Of a stretch of DNA of 64,000 nt, positions 40,227 to 50,681 are shown piece after piece. Below the pieces are notes generated by a model that had not been told where the DNA came from, did not search any database, and was given only the letters and a program-made list of their open reading frames with translations. Source of the stretch: a virus. Position numbers and translations under genes: made by a program. Within the stretch, counting starts at the first letter, position 1. Every line of letters starts with the position of its first letter. The stretch lies in the IMG/VR virus record IMGVR_UViG_3300046820_002141, positions 7,446-71,445 of that record. One strand, written 5' to 3'.

Positions 40227-41783
40227 TTATTTTAATTTTGCCATCAAGTCTTTCATTCTCAGGAATTGAGGATTTTCATAAGTTTTTGACTCAATTAAGT
40301 TAACCGCAGAACCTGTAGCTGGAGCTGATTCAATTTTACGCTCTATCGACTCGTTCATTGGTTGACCTTGTACCGTTGAAAGTTCATCCTTGATTGTTTT
40401 ATACAAATTTTTAGATTCTTTAATAGTTTCAACACCATCAAATCTTTTCAAGATATTAATTTTTTCTTGTTTAGATGTTGAGTGTTCAGTAAACAAACGT
40501 GTCGCGTAAGCTAAATTTGAATTAAATACGGCAACTTCGTTTAATTTATTTCTGAACACATTAAGTGCCTTTCTATACTCTTCGTTTTTCTCTCTAAGAA
40601 TTTGTAATTCTGAAGAATCTACAGACTCAACTTTTAAGTGACGTGGTGCGGCTTTAGGTTTGTTCAAACCTTTTCTACCCCATCTCTTACCACTACCAAG
40701 TGTTCTTGAAGCTTCATTTGCTTCCACTTTCTTAGGCTTGTGTTTAAATTCACCATCAAGAGTTTCCTTATCTTTGTATACATTAACTTTTTTAGCATTA
40801 CCTGTACCCATAGTTTTGTCGGCACTCTTTTTAACTACTTTAAACCCTTGGCCTTGATTTGGATTTTTATTATATGAGAATTTTGGTTTACCCATACCCT
40901 TACCTTTGGCGTTAAATCCTTTTTTAGACTCTTCTAAAGATTCATTGTATTCTTCATACTCTTCTTCTCCTTCTTCGCCTTCTTCTTCAGACATTTCGAT
41001 TTCATACATTACCTCGTCTTCTTCAGACATTGGTTCAATGTCATCATCTGTAGGTTCAGACATTTCGATTTCGTACATAATTTCTTCACCTTCAGATTCT
41101 TCTTCATAAGACTCTTCATCTTCGTCTTCTTCATCTTCAGGATAGTCCATATACACTTCGCCTTTGTCATATTTATCGCCAAATTTTTCTCTAGCTCTAG
41201 AAGCGATATTATCCCAAGGATTTTCTTCCTCTTCATCTTCAGAATCTTCGTCATCCCACATCTTACCAACGATATCGTCGATTGATTCATCGGTTGACCA
41301 TGATTCTTCCATTTCTTGGGGAAGTTCTTCTTCATAGAACTCTTCTTCCATATCAGATTCACCTACAATCATGTATTCGTTTTCATCATCTTTAAGGTTG
41401 ATGTTACCAGCATCGTCTTTTGTAACAATGATGTTATCATCAGGTCCCATAAGTTGGAATACACGAAGTACTTCTTCGTCTGATTTGTCGGTAAGGTCGA
41501 TAGGTTCTTCCATATCTTCCTCTTCATCATCAGTATCCATGTCCATACCCATTTCCATGTCATCAGAGTCCATTTCGTCATCTGTTTCCATTTCAGGTTC
41601 TTCCATGTCTACGTCAGTCATTTCAATCTCATCTTCTTGTTCAGATAGAGATTCTTTTACTAATTCTTTGATTTCTTCCTTCATAGTAGAAGCAAGTATT
41701 CCTTTTGCATTTTCAGCAACCGCTTCTTCCAAATTTTTCATTTGGATGATTGCTTCCTCAACAATTGATTTTTCTTTTGCCAT
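40227..41783 (-). CDS. prohead core/scaffold protein (gp22-like)
   Basis: Very acidic, coiled-coil C-terminus, between the prohead protease and MCP. Confidence 0.75.
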   Translation of the reverse strand: MAKEKSIVEEAIIQMKNLEEAVAENAKGILASTMKEEIKELVKESLSEQEDEIEMTDVDMEEPEMETDDEMDSDDMEMGMDMDTDDEEEDMEEPIDLTDKSDEEVLRVFQLMGPDDNIIVTKDDAGNINLKDDENEYMIVGESDMEEEFYEEELPQEMEESWSTDESIDDIVGKMWDDEDSEDEEEENPWDNIASRAREKFGDKYDKGEVYMDYPEDEEDEDEESYEEESEGEEIMYEIEMSEPTDDDIEPMSEEDEVMYEIEMSEEEGEEGEEEYEEYNESLEESKKGFNAKGKGMGKPKFSYNKNPNQGQGFKVVKKSADKTMGTGNAKKVNVYKDKETLDGEFKHKPKKVEANEASRTLGSGKRWGRKGLNKPKAAPRHLKVESVDSSELQILREKNEEYRKALNVFRNKLNEVAVFNSNLAYATRLFTEHSTSKQEKINILKRFDGVETIKESKNLYKTIKDELSTVQGQPMNESIERKIESAPATGSAVNLIESKTYENPQFLRMKDLMAKLK

Positions 41784-41864
41784 TTTTTGGTTTTAATTTT
41801 TATATAAATATTGTACAAATTCAAAAAAATTATCTATAATTGATATTTTGAATTAAATAAAATA

Positions 41865-41892
41865 AAAAAAGGAGGGATAAACCCTCCTTTTC
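41865..41892 (-). terminator. intrinsic terminator
   Basis: aaaaa-ggaggg-ataaa-ccctcc-tttt. Confidence 0.75.
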
Positions 41893-41913
41893 TTTCTTAT
41901 TGTTATACTAAGA

Positions 41914-42129
41914 TTATTCTATCACTTCATCAATCTTACTTTCATCAATTGCGGTTATTCTCCAATCTTCAGAATAATTTTCAAAAACTTTAGTCACTTT
42001 TGCTTCTACATCTGTTGGTGAATAACCTTTAACTAATTTTTCTTGTCTTAGTTTTTTAATTTTACCTGTCTCTGGGTCAGGCATGTCTGTCGTAATTTTT
42101 GCTACAAAATATTTTTCGTCCATATTCAT
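41914..42129 (-). CDS. DUF4494-like small protein
   Basis: YFVAKI...GKIKKLRQEKLVKGYSPTDVEAKV resembles the Bacteroidota DUF4494 family. Confidence 0.55.
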   Translation of the reverse strand: MNMDEKYFVAKITTDMPDPETGKIKKLRQEKLVKGYSPTDVEAKVTKVFENYSEDWRITAIDESKIDEVIE

Positions 42130-42134
42130 TGTTT

Positions 42135-42860
42135 TTAATATTTCAAATAATCGTTTAATTTTTTCATTAAGTCAAGTGACTTGTTTGAACTTTCTCCAGA
42201 AGTTCTTTCGGATTTCATTTTTTTTTCATCATCTAAATTTTCCTCAAAATTAAATCTATCATTTGGCTCCAAGAATAAATAAGCACCAGGTGTAGATGGT
42301 GACCATACAAGGTCAAAACAGATTAATTCAAAATCATCCTGAACTTCATTTTGTTCTCCCACTTTTTTTAATGACCCAACACCACGAGATGATATACCTA
42401 AAGTAACTCCTTGTCTTAATAGATTTGCCGCTTGGTCTCCCTTAGTTGAGACAATTCCTCTTTCGTGAAATCCTGGTGAAGTTAACAATTTTAATTTCCC
42501 CATCAAAACAGGACCTTCCCACCAGATTTCAGTTATCGCATGCGAAACCCTATCTAAGTCAACAAGTGAAGACTCAGGATGGTTAAGCTCAGATAAAGCA
42601 ATACCCTTATCAATCATTTTTGTATAATTGTTAGCTTCTCTTTTTAATATTTTTTCAGGATATATTCTACCGTTTCTATTCGGAGTATTATACTTTTGTA
42701 AAACCGCATAAAACTCGAATGGTTTTGAGTGGTCTAACATTCCTTTAGATTCACGTATTAAATTAGCATTACGCTCATCTGTTGGTGATATGTACCCAGC
42801 ATCGTATTCAACAAGTATCCCTTTTCCAACTTGACCTGGCTGTATGATTTGATGATTCAT
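42135..42860 (-). CDS. prohead core protease (T4 gp21-like)
   Basis: NRNGRIYP, ELNHP, GISSRGVGS, FDLVWSPSTPGAY. Confidence 0.95.
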   Translation of the reverse strand: MNHQIIQPGQVGKGILVEYDAGYISPTDERNANLIRESKGMLDHSKPFEFYAVLQKYNTPNRNGRIYPEKILKREANNYTKMIDKGIALSELNHPESSLVDLDRVSHAITEIWWEGPVLMGKLKLLTSPGFHERGIVSTKGDQAANLLRQGVTLGISSRGVGSLKKVGEQNEVQDDFELICFDLVWSPSTPGAYLFLEPNDRFNFEENLDDEKKMKSERTSGESSNKSLDLMKKLNDYLKY

Positions 42861-42882
42861 CTTTAATTTTTCTTTATAAATA

Positions 42883-43356
42883 TTAAAGATTATCGGTTTC
42901 TGTTTTATCTACCTTAGTTTTTTTAGTTTTAGTTAGATGAAATTTAAAATATTCGTTGTTTGTAAAATTATCTTGAAACACCTGTTTACATACTTTCTTT
43001 AAAGCGTCCTTAATTCTTTTTGATTTAAAATCTGTTTCTGAACCTGATAAATAAAAATTAACTTCTAAGTTTAAAAATGATTTTTTACCTTTTTGTAGTC
43101 CGCTGGACCTTAAATCCAAATCAACAATAAATTTGTTGTCAAATAAAATTTTATCTAATGATTCTAAAACTGAATGTTTTATAGACCTGCTTAAATTTAA
43201 AACTATCCTATTCCAATTTTCTGAGTTTATTTTGGGGTCAACCCATGTTTGAATGTTGAGGTATAGTGATTTTAAATTAACCGAATCAACTGTGCCATAG
43301 ATTACCTTGGCAGTTTTGAACCCCTGAATTTGCGAGGTCTTCCCCTTTTTCATCAA
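42883..43356 (-). CDS. hypothetical protein
   Basis: 157-aa ORF in the head module. Confidence 0.7.
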   Translation of the reverse strand: MMKKGKTSQIQGFKTAKVIYGTVDSVNLKSLYLNIQTWVDPKINSENWNRIVLNLSRSIKHSVLESLDKILFDNKFIVDLDLRSSGLQKGKKSFLNLEVNFYLSGSETDFKSKRIKDALKKVCKQVFQDNFTNNEYFKFHLTKTKKTKVDKTETDNL

Positions 43357-43446
43357 CTTTTCATATTATACAAGTTTATTTTTAAAAAAAATAAGTATAT
43401 TTGTATCGATAGTCAAAAAAAATTTATTTATAGATATTTCTAATAT

Positions 43447-43638
43447 ATGATAATAGTTAAGTTAGATAAAAATACAAACATTGAGAGGGCACTTAAAATT
43501 CTCAAGAGCAAGGTTATTAGAACAAAACAAACTGCTGAGTTGGTTAATAGAAAAGAATATACCAAAAAATCTGTTAAAAAGAGAGATATTCTTAAAAAAG
43601 CCAAATACGTTCAAAAAAAGAAAGATTCCGAAAATTAA
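43447..43638 (+). CDS. rpsU: ribosomal protein bS21 (phage-encoded)
   Basis: MIIVKL...NIERALK.LK.K......EL..RKEY.K.SVKKR....KAKY; opposite strand to the head genes. Confidence 0.9.
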   Translation: MIIVKLDKNTNIERALKILKSKVIRTKQTAELVNRKEYTKKSVKKRDILKKAKYVQKKKDSEN

Positions 43639-44357
43639 AGGCTTTCGTTTAATCCCTTTAATTTGAAGAATGACAATTTGTTATACGTCTCAGAATCAAC
43701 TTTTGTTATTGTTTCCTCGACTCTATTTAAAGTGTCAGTATCTGTCGTGCTTTCTTTTAATGAAGTTAATTTTGATTTAACCTCATCTTTGATTGATTCA
43801 AATTGTGGCTCTAATTCAGAATCCTCAGTTTTCAAAAATTTAATTAATTCCTGTCTATCTGATTCGTTTAAATTTTCCACATAGTTTGAAAATGTTTTAT
43901 TTGCAATATTAACCATTGTTGATATTGGTAACTTAACAGTTTCTTTATTTTTAGTTACGGGTGACCTAGATAAATTTTCAGAAATTATTTTTTTACTTTT
44001 TAAACGAGATTCAATTGTTAGAACGTCAGTTGAAAATAAATTATCAATATTCTCGTATTTATTTTCACACTTAACAGTTGAGACCCACGACTTTAATTTA
44101 GATATTGTTGATTCATCAATTTTGTTTATAGTGTTTTCATAAATTGTAATACACTCATAAATGTAATCATTAACCAAAGATTCACTTAAACCTTTATTAG
44201 AACTCATCTCATCATATAGATAAAACAATTTACTAATATTTTTATTACCTAAAACTAAAGATTTAAAATTCTTCATTTCAGATTTAAAAGTATTATTAGA
44301 ATAAGATTCAAGTAACTTTTCTTCAATCTTTGATTTAATATTTCCGAACTTAATCAT
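43635..44357 (-). CDS. hypothetical head-module protein
   Basis: 240-aa helical ORF directly after the portal. Confidence 0.75.
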   Translation of the reverse strand: MIKFGNIKSKIEEKLLESYSNNTFKSEMKNFKSLVLGNKNISKLFYLYDEMSSNKGLSESLVNDYIYECITIYENTINKIDESTISKLKSWVSTVKCENKYENIDNLFSTDVLTIESRLKSKKIISENLSRSPVTKNKETVKLPISTMVNIANKTFSNYVENLNESDRQELIKFLKTEDSELEPQFESIKDEVKSKLTSLKESTTDTDTLNRVEETITKVDSETYNKLSFFKLKGLNESL

Positions 44358-44378
44358 TTTCTTTTTTTATTATAAATA

Positions 44379-46178
44379 TCAATCTCTTAGAAGTTTTTCT
44401 AACTGAGATTCCATTTGACCCAATGAATTTCTAGCCTTGGATAAATCTATATAAGATTCTTCGTCAATAAGGGAATCACTTTCTAATAGAATATTTAAAT
44501 TATCCCTATTAAATGATTCCGGTGTCACTCCTCCTTCCACAGGTGCCGGTGGTGGGGGTAATTCAGCTCCTCCGGCCTCACCACCAGGAGGTGGAGGAGG
44601 AGTTGCGGCTGATGAAGCGGTCGCTCCTGAACCAGGACCACCGTATAATTTATCAACATTATCAAATACTCCAGTGTGAGCAATTATTGTTGCAGTGTTT
44701 GTTAATTCAGCACCAACTGCCTTTTCAATTCGCTGTTGTTGTAAATCAAGTTTAATTTCTTCATCAGAGAAACCTAAAATATGTTTCTTAGCCCAAGAAA
44801 CCGATACCGGAGCTATACCTTCAATAGCGGTAACCGCATCTTTGTATAATAACATTTTTTCTTTCCAAACATCGATTTTGAGTAAGTCAGCTTGGGTAGA
44901 TGGATTAGTTAATCCTAAAGTAAAATTGTTTAACTCATCCTCAAAACCTAATAGAAATAAGTGAATAATAGCAACCTTATTTAACTCCGCAATCATACAC
45001 TTTTGAATTCTATTAATAGTACGAGCGAAACGAATGTCCTGTAATGATAAGTTTTTACCTTCTCCTACGACTTCTTCAAAACCTAAAAACGCTTTTGGTA
45101 CACGAAGCGCAGTTAATAGTTTCTTTTGAATATATTCAATATCTGCAATTTCAGATAAATTTTGAGCACCTGCTAAAGTTTCGATTGGAGATGCTTGTGC
45201 TGGGTCACGAACTGGAATAAAATAATCCTGGTCAACCGCCATTTGGTTAAATCTCAAATCAACATTACCCGTTTGACTGTCAACGACTTGACTTCTCTTA
45301 AATTTGTTGGCAACACGTTGTACATACGCCTCAACATCTTTATCGTCCATATTACCAACAAACACTTTAAACACTCTTCTTTCAGGTGCCCTTGATGTTC
45401 TGTATATCAACATAGCATCTTCAGATAACAATAATTGTTTCCAAATACGACGAGCCTTTTCAAGCATAGAAGTTCCATATGGAAGTTTTCTATCGTCACC
45501 CATTAATCTAAAGTGAGCTATTTCCCATGAATTAAACTCCATGTCCTTAGCCTTCCATTTAAATCTTAAACCTCTGTTTTCTTTGGGTTCCTCAACGTTC
45601 TGAGATTTTGCCGGCATACCTCTTTCCAAACGTTCAATTTCAATATTTGGAAGTTGCATACATCCAACAACTCCTTTATCAGAATCTAATTTTAAATAAA
45701 CAAAATTATCACCATATTTACATGTGTTTCTTGTCCACATTGGTAAATTGGTATTAACATCAAGTACATTATTAAACAAATCCGCCAAAATCCCTTTTAT
45801 TCTTTTTGATTCAGAATAAATCTGTAACATAAAACCATTTTGGTCTACAGTTGTTGATTCTTCCCCATAAATGTCCAAAGCGGCAGAAATTTCTGGTGTA
45901 TATTCCATTGATTCGTAATCATAAAACGACGCCAATCTTGTTGGCTCGTAATATACCGCTTGGGTATAAAGATTACTTTCTATTTTTGTCCACTGGTTTG
46001 CAAGATAATATGTTTGTTGAGCTTGTAATAACTCTTTTTCGTACTCTTGCTTAGATGTGGTTTTTAATAACTCTTGTTTGTCAAACTTATATGTTGGGTA
46101 ATCTTGATTAAGTAACGCATTTGGTCCAAACGCTCTTGTTAATCTTTGCCATACCGTTAACTGCTTATTATTTTCCAT
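44379..46178 (-). CDS. portal protein (T4 gp20-like)
   Basis: EDAMLIYRTSRAPERRVFKVFVGN, DYFIPVR, IETLAG, DIEYIQKKL..AL.VP. Confidence 0.95.
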   Translation of the reverse strand: MENNKQLTVWQRLTRAFGPNALLNQDYPTYKFDKQELLKTTSKQEYEKELLQAQQTYYLANQWTKIESNLYTQAVYYEPTRLASFYDYESMEYTPEISAALDIYGEESTTVDQNGFMLQIYSESKRIKGILADLFNNVLDVNTNLPMWTRNTCKYGDNFVYLKLDSDKGVVGCMQLPNIEIERLERGMPAKSQNVEEPKENRGLRFKWKAKDMEFNSWEIAHFRLMGDDRKLPYGTSMLEKARRIWKQLLLSEDAMLIYRTSRAPERRVFKVFVGNMDDKDVEAYVQRVANKFKRSQVVDSQTGNVDLRFNQMAVDQDYFIPVRDPAQASPIETLAGAQNLSEIADIEYIQKKLLTALRVPKAFLGFEEVVGEGKNLSLQDIRFARTINRIQKCMIAELNKVAIIHLFLLGFEDELNNFTLGLTNPSTQADLLKIDVWKEKMLLYKDAVTAIEGIAPVSVSWAKKHILGFSDEEIKLDLQQQRIEKAVGAELTNTATIIAHTGVFDNVDKLYGGPGSGATASSAATPPPPPGGEAGGAELPPPPAPVEGGVTPESFNRDNLNILLESDSLIDEESYIDLSKARNSLGQMESQLEKLLRD

Positions 46179-46214
46179 TAAGTTAATTTAAACACTTTAT
46201 CAATAATATAAATA

Positions 46215-47975
46215 CTATCTACCTCCGAATAACCATCCATATTTCATATAATCGTCTTTAGTCACGTTTTGTTGGTTATGTTGATTCATCCTTTCATTGA
46301 AATTAGGGATAACAGGATTAAACGCCAATTGATTGGTAACATTTTCATTATTACTAACAGACCACGATTCAATCATGGCTTTAGTTTGTTCTGTAACTTT
46401 TGTTAATTGACTGAATGATGATTCCGCAACGTATGTTGCCATGGCTATGGACATAATTAAGTCATCGTGGTGTCCTTTTTGGTGGTCAGGTCTTCCGTTA
46501 ATGTAAACAAAAGTGTTCATTTCATTGAACAATCTATTACTGTAAATTTTAAAGTCGTGTCTCATAACTTCCTCAAATGAGGCAATAATTTGAACTCTTT
46601 TGTTATTAAAATTAATTCCGGGTATTTTTTCAGCGGCTTTGGGGTCCCATTTCCATTTGTTTGCAATATCAACACCATCAACATATAGATTTTTAAATCC
46701 CATTTCTTGCATTTTTCTTGCGGTTGATACACCCATCCCTCCTGTGATATCTATAACAACAAAACAAGAATACATATTGGCCCACTTATAACAAACCTCA
46801 GCCATTGTATCGGGAGGTAATTTACCCACGTACTCAGCAACTTGCTCTCTCTCATCAAAATCTATAATTTGAAATGAACTAAAGTCCTCACTATCTCCCC
46901 TACTAACGTCTACACCCATAACATATTTGTGACCAACAACAGGTTCTTTCCAAATCCAAAGAGCATTACCCATCATTTTATTTTGCGGTTCTCTTATATA
47001 ATTTTCCCTAACTTTCTGTAATAAATTAGAATCAAATACGTTGTCACCAGAGCCCAAAAAGTTACATTCCAACTCTTGAGAAACTTTACGTTTGTCGTAT
47101 TTTAATTTCTTAACCATACCCTCAAACCAATTTGAACATGGTTTGTACCCCGTATCCATAATAAGTTTAAGCTCTTCATAGTTTCTATCATCAAACGGAA
47201 TACTTTCCCAACTGATAATATCATCCTGTTTATATTCTTCTTTATTCAACAAGTAATGAATAATATCTTTTGTTTTAACCAAATATAAATCTCTAGTATA
47301 TCTTGGGTCTCTAAACCAATACATTTCAGAAATTTTGAAATCGTTCATATTTCTTAATGCTTGGTCATAAATTTCATAATAGATTGGGTCATATCCGTTA
47401 GGTGTTGAAACAACAATTACTTTACCTCCCGTAGATAGGGATGCCATACAAGCCGCCCAAAAGTCAGAATCGGCATCGATAAACGCCGCCTCGTCAAATA
47501 TTAATATTGTTGGTGTGAATCCACGAAGTGCGTCCTTAGATGTTGCAACCGCTTTTACTTCACAACCATTATTTAATTTATAATGTTTTTGAGAATCTTT
47601 TTCCGCAGAAAATCCAACTCCAACCCAATCAGGCCATTGTGTTATAAAAGCCCTTATTTTATTCGCCATTTCTTGGGAAGTATCAAGTTTGTTGGCGATA
47701 ATTAGAATTTTTTCAGGTTTGTTTTTCTTTGCGAAAGCTAACTTCTTAGATACCCAAGCGGCCGTAACCGTCGAAACTCCCGCCTGTCTATATTTTAACG
47801 CAATATTTTCGTTAAAGTTCTCATAGTCATTAAGTAATGAAATTTGGTCAGGAAATAATTCCAGCGGGACGTATTTTGAAACCGTGTTATCGTATGTCTG
47901 CAAATAAGTACGGAGAGCATATGGAGTATCCTTCATACATTTCACATACTCTAACATTAATTGTTCTTTTGTCAT
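46215..47975 (-). CDS. terminase large subunit
   Basis: RQAGVST Walker A variant, IFDEAAF Walker B, STPNG coupling motif, MGVDVSRG and HDDLIM nuclease motifs. Confidence 0.95.
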   Translation of the reverse strand: MTKEQLMLEYVKCMKDTPYALRTYLQTYDNTVSKYVPLELFPDQISLLNDYENFNENIALKYRQAGVSTVTAAWVSKKLAFAKKNKPEKILIIANKLDTSQEMANKIRAFITQWPDWVGVGFSAEKDSQKHYKLNNGCEVKAVATSKDALRGFTPTILIFDEAAFIDADSDFWAACMASLSTGGKVIVVSTPNGYDPIYYEIYDQALRNMNDFKISEMYWFRDPRYTRDLYLVKTKDIIHYLLNKEEYKQDDIISWESIPFDDRNYEELKLIMDTGYKPCSNWFEGMVKKLKYDKRKVSQELECNFLGSGDNVFDSNLLQKVRENYIREPQNKMMGNALWIWKEPVVGHKYVMGVDVSRGDSEDFSSFQIIDFDEREQVAEYVGKLPPDTMAEVCYKWANMYSCFVVIDITGGMGVSTARKMQEMGFKNLYVDGVDIANKWKWDPKAAEKIPGINFNNKRVQIIASFEEVMRHDFKIYSNRLFNEMNTFVYINGRPDHQKGHHDDLIMSIAMATYVAESSFSQLTKVTEQTKAMIESWSVSNNENVTNQLAFNPVIPNFNERMNQHNQQNVTKDDYMKYGWLFGGR

Positions 47976-48000
47976 AAGACTGTATTTGTATATAAATATT

Positions 48001-48026
48001 AAACCCCCAACTAAGTGGGGGTTTTT
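48001..48026 (-). terminator. intrinsic terminator
   Basis: aaaccccca-ctaag-tgggggttt hairpin. Confidence 0.7.
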
Positions 48027-48027
48027 A

Positions 48028-49353
48028 TTATAGACCTAAACTTGAAAGGTCAACATCATCGATATCATCGTCCTCCCATTTGGAGGATTCTTGTTCATAT
48101 TCTTGTTTCTTTAAATCTGAAACAATCTCATCAACCATTCTTTGCATGGCCTTTGTTCCTGATGGGTCTCCGTTTAATACTGCCTTAGCAAATTTGAAGA
48201 ATTCTTCTGCCGGTAATTTAGAAAATCTCATGAACAAATAATGTTGAATATGTTTCTTATCTTCATCGAATAATTCGATTGGATAGGCCTCGGTGAATTT
48301 TTCCCAAAATACAGGTCCTAATCTCATATCCCATATTTCTGCAGGTAGGGTATCTTCAGCTCCCATAACCATTTCGGCTTGACGTGGGTCATCCGGTAAA
48401 CCGTGAGTACCAAATATTTCATAAATACCCTTAATCAATTCGTGAATAAGAAGTGGGAATGTTGCGGCTCTCGCTTTTACAGTTGGTGGGTCGGTTTCAG
48501 GGTCAACACTTGTTTGCCCCATCTGACCTTCACCACTTGCCGCCATACCTTCCATATCAGGCATTACCCAATAAAGGTGGTCCATAAGTGATTGATTAAC
48601 ACCATATAGATTTACTAAATTAGGGTCAAGACGACTTAATTCATCTCTAACCAATTCAAACATATAGTGACCTTTCTTAGAGGCTCCTTGAATTAATGAA
48701 TTAATAAACCTTCTTTTTGCTTTTTCTAAATTAAATTTTTCAAACTCGTCGGCAAAATCTTCCAATTCTTCTTGATGTTTAAAAGCTTGTTTAACATCTT
48801 CTTTACTTGGTTTTTGTGGTTCGCTCCTCATACCTTCAGCGGATGACAAAGGTCCCTGGACCAATTTTGCATCAAATTGCATCGCTCCGTCAGGAATACC
48901 CATTTCTTTTTTAACCAAATCAACCGCCAATCTCTCGAGATATTCTTTATTTTGAAATTCAATCCTCATCACTTGTTGTAGAGACTGCATGGCCATACCC
49001 ATAAGTTGCATGAGTGGATTACCACCCTGTAAAGGTGCTGTAGTACCCAAATATCGTCTTACAGTATCAACGGAATCTTTGAATCTTTTTGAAGAAACTA
49101 ACTCAACAAAGTCTCTATCACCCTTAGGTAAAGCCGGATTTTCAGAATATGGAGTTTCTTTACTAGTTATTTTTCTCTCGATGTCACGACCCATTCTTTC
49201 AGGACCTTCGTAATCAATCGGAGCCTCGTTCAACTTTGATTTAAGTTTTTTCAATGTTTGTTTTTCTTTTGTCGTTAGACCTTCAGAAACCAATTTTTTT
49301 TCTAAATTGTTCCTTTCTGTAATAACTTTTTTCATATTAGGATTGAAACTCAT
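48028..49353 (-). CDS. hypothetical protein
   Basis: 441-aa ORF with LLIHELIKG motif. Confidence 0.75.
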   Translation of the reverse strand: MSFNPNMKKVITERNNLEKKLVSEGLTTKEKQTLKKLKSKLNEAPIDYEGPERMGRDIERKITSKETPYSENPALPKGDRDFVELVSSKRFKDSVDTVRRYLGTTAPLQGGNPLMQLMGMAMQSLQQVMRIEFQNKEYLERLAVDLVKKEMGIPDGAMQFDAKLVQGPLSSAEGMRSEPQKPSKEDVKQAFKHQEELEDFADEFEKFNLEKAKRRFINSLIQGASKKGHYMFELVRDELSRLDPNLVNLYGVNQSLMDHLYWVMPDMEGMAASGEGQMGQTSVDPETDPPTVKARAATFPLLIHELIKGIYEIFGTHGLPDDPRQAEMVMGAEDTLPAEIWDMRLGPVFWEKFTEAYPIELFDEDKKHIQHYLFMRFSKLPAEEFFKFAKAVLNGDPSGTKAMQRMVDEIVSDLKKQEYEQESSKWEDDDIDDVDLSSLGL

Positions 49354-49354
49354 T

Positions 49355-50281
49355 TTATTTCAAATTAATACCAATAGAACCGAAAGTTAACCATTGTGGT
49401 ATATCCTCGGCTTTTGGAGCTGGTTTATGTTTTGGTTGATATGGAGTTTGAGGTATTTGTCTTTCAGGTTTAACGTCAGGTTTGACAGGGGTTTCTACTT
49501 CTTTTTCGCCGGCTTTTGGAGCTGGTTTATGTTTTGGTTGATATGGAGTCTGAGGTCTTGGTCTTTCGGGTTTAATATCGGGTTTAACCGGTGTCTCAAC
49601 TTCTTTTTCAGCCTCGATTATGATATTCATTAAGTCTCTTTTGTTCATTTTTGGTGGTAAATGTTTTTCTACTAAATTACTAATTTTCTTTTCTAATTTA
49701 CTTTCCGCAAATTTAACAGAAGGTGTTATTTGTCCAATCTTATCACTCATATTTTTTTGAAAAACGTTAGCAACCAAATCTGTGTAATCTTCGTTAGTTT
49801 CTTTTTTCTTTTCTGGTAATTTACTAAAATTTTTTGTAGAATCTGAAAATTCTTTTGCCATCTTACACCATTTTTTCTGTTCTTTGGTTTTTCCTTCACC
49901 ACACTTGTACCAAAAATATTTTTGTTGTTTTTTTGATTCAAATTTTTCACTAACTTCTTGTGATTGTACAGCTAAAGCTAAATCAGTATCCGATTCTTCA
50001 GACATTTCTGATTCAGTTTGAGTCACTTTAAAAGTATTTGGGGAGTTAGGGTCTTTTGATAATGATAAAGTTTTTTTTGTTGGGTCTATCTTAATTTGAC
50101 CACCCTCAGGACCTATCCTTTGAACTTCTATCGTTTGTTTAGTAACCTGTTCTGTTGTTTCTTTCCTAGATTCTTCTAATCTTTGATATAAAGATTCAAC
50201 TTGTCTTTCATTTAGATTTGAAAGCAGAGAATCACTAAACCCGTGATTTAGTAACTCCATGATTTTTTTATTCGCTTTCAT
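49355..50281 (-). CDS. hypothetical protein with DUF3008-like motif and Pro-rich tandem duplication
   Basis: FESKKQQKYF...MAKEF...KLPEKK; 34-aa duplicated unit. Confidence 0.7.
   Translation of the reverse strand: MKANKKIMELLNHGFSDSLLSNLNERQVESLYQRLEESRKETTEQVTKQTIEVQRIGPEGGQIKIDPTKKTLSLSKDPNSPNTFKVTQTESEMSEESDTDLALAVQSQEVSEKFESKKQQKYFWYKCGEGKTKEQKKWCKMAKEFSDSTKNFSKLPEKKKETNEDYTDLVANVFQKNMSDKIGQITPSVKFAESKLEKKISNLVEKHLPPKMNKRDLMNIIIEAEKEVETPVKPDIKPERPRPQTPYQPKHKPAPKAGEKEVETPVKPDVKPERQIPQTPYQPKHKPAPKAEDIPQWLTFGSIGINLK
49409..49612. repeat. two-copy 102-bp tandem repeat within CDS
   Basis: ggcttttggagctggtttatgttttggttgatatggagt starts at 49409 and 49511. Confidence 0.85.
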
Positions 50282-50681
50282 ATTGTAATTTTTTTTCAAA
50301 TTCTAATACGATATCTCTTTCGTATAGTTTATTTTTAACAGTTTCTTCTGGTTCTCCGAACCTAAAAACTAATCGTTTGGTTCTTTCAAAATCAATCCCA
50401 TCAGTTTCATTTTCCCAACACAAAGCTATCACACCATCAATCGCATCAACCATTGAAAAATAATCAGAGTTTTGAACTACAGACATTGTTATCATGTCGT
50501 TTTTCAAAACTCCAACTTTTTTTATATGTTCTAAATCAGGTGGGAGGGGATATCCGTTTGATGGTTTTGATTCCCATGAATCTCCCCACACACCTTCCAA
50601 ATCGTCAGAAAAAATAAACTCGTATATGTTATCTCCCTTATAATTTGGTCCTAATTCATTTACAAATATCAAATAACTCAT
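50268..50681 (-). CDS. hypothetical protein
   Basis: 137-aa ORF overlapping both neighbours. Confidence 0.75.
   Translation of the reverse strand: MSYLIFVNELGPNYKGDNIYEFIFSDDLEGVWGDSWESKPSNGYPLPPDLEHIKKVGVLKNDMITMSVVQNSDYFSMVDAIDGVIALCWENETDGIDFERTKRLVFRFGEPEETVKNKLYERDIVLEFEKKLQYESE

Noticed and set aside
40660-41796. Several alternative-frame and antisense ORFs over the scaffold gene (and similar shadows elsewhere)
   Set aside because: Products of biased low-complexity codon usage in the real gene
46215-47975. Intein or intron in TerL, portal or ClpC
   Set aside because: Lengths are normal, with no intein splice motifs or frame breaks
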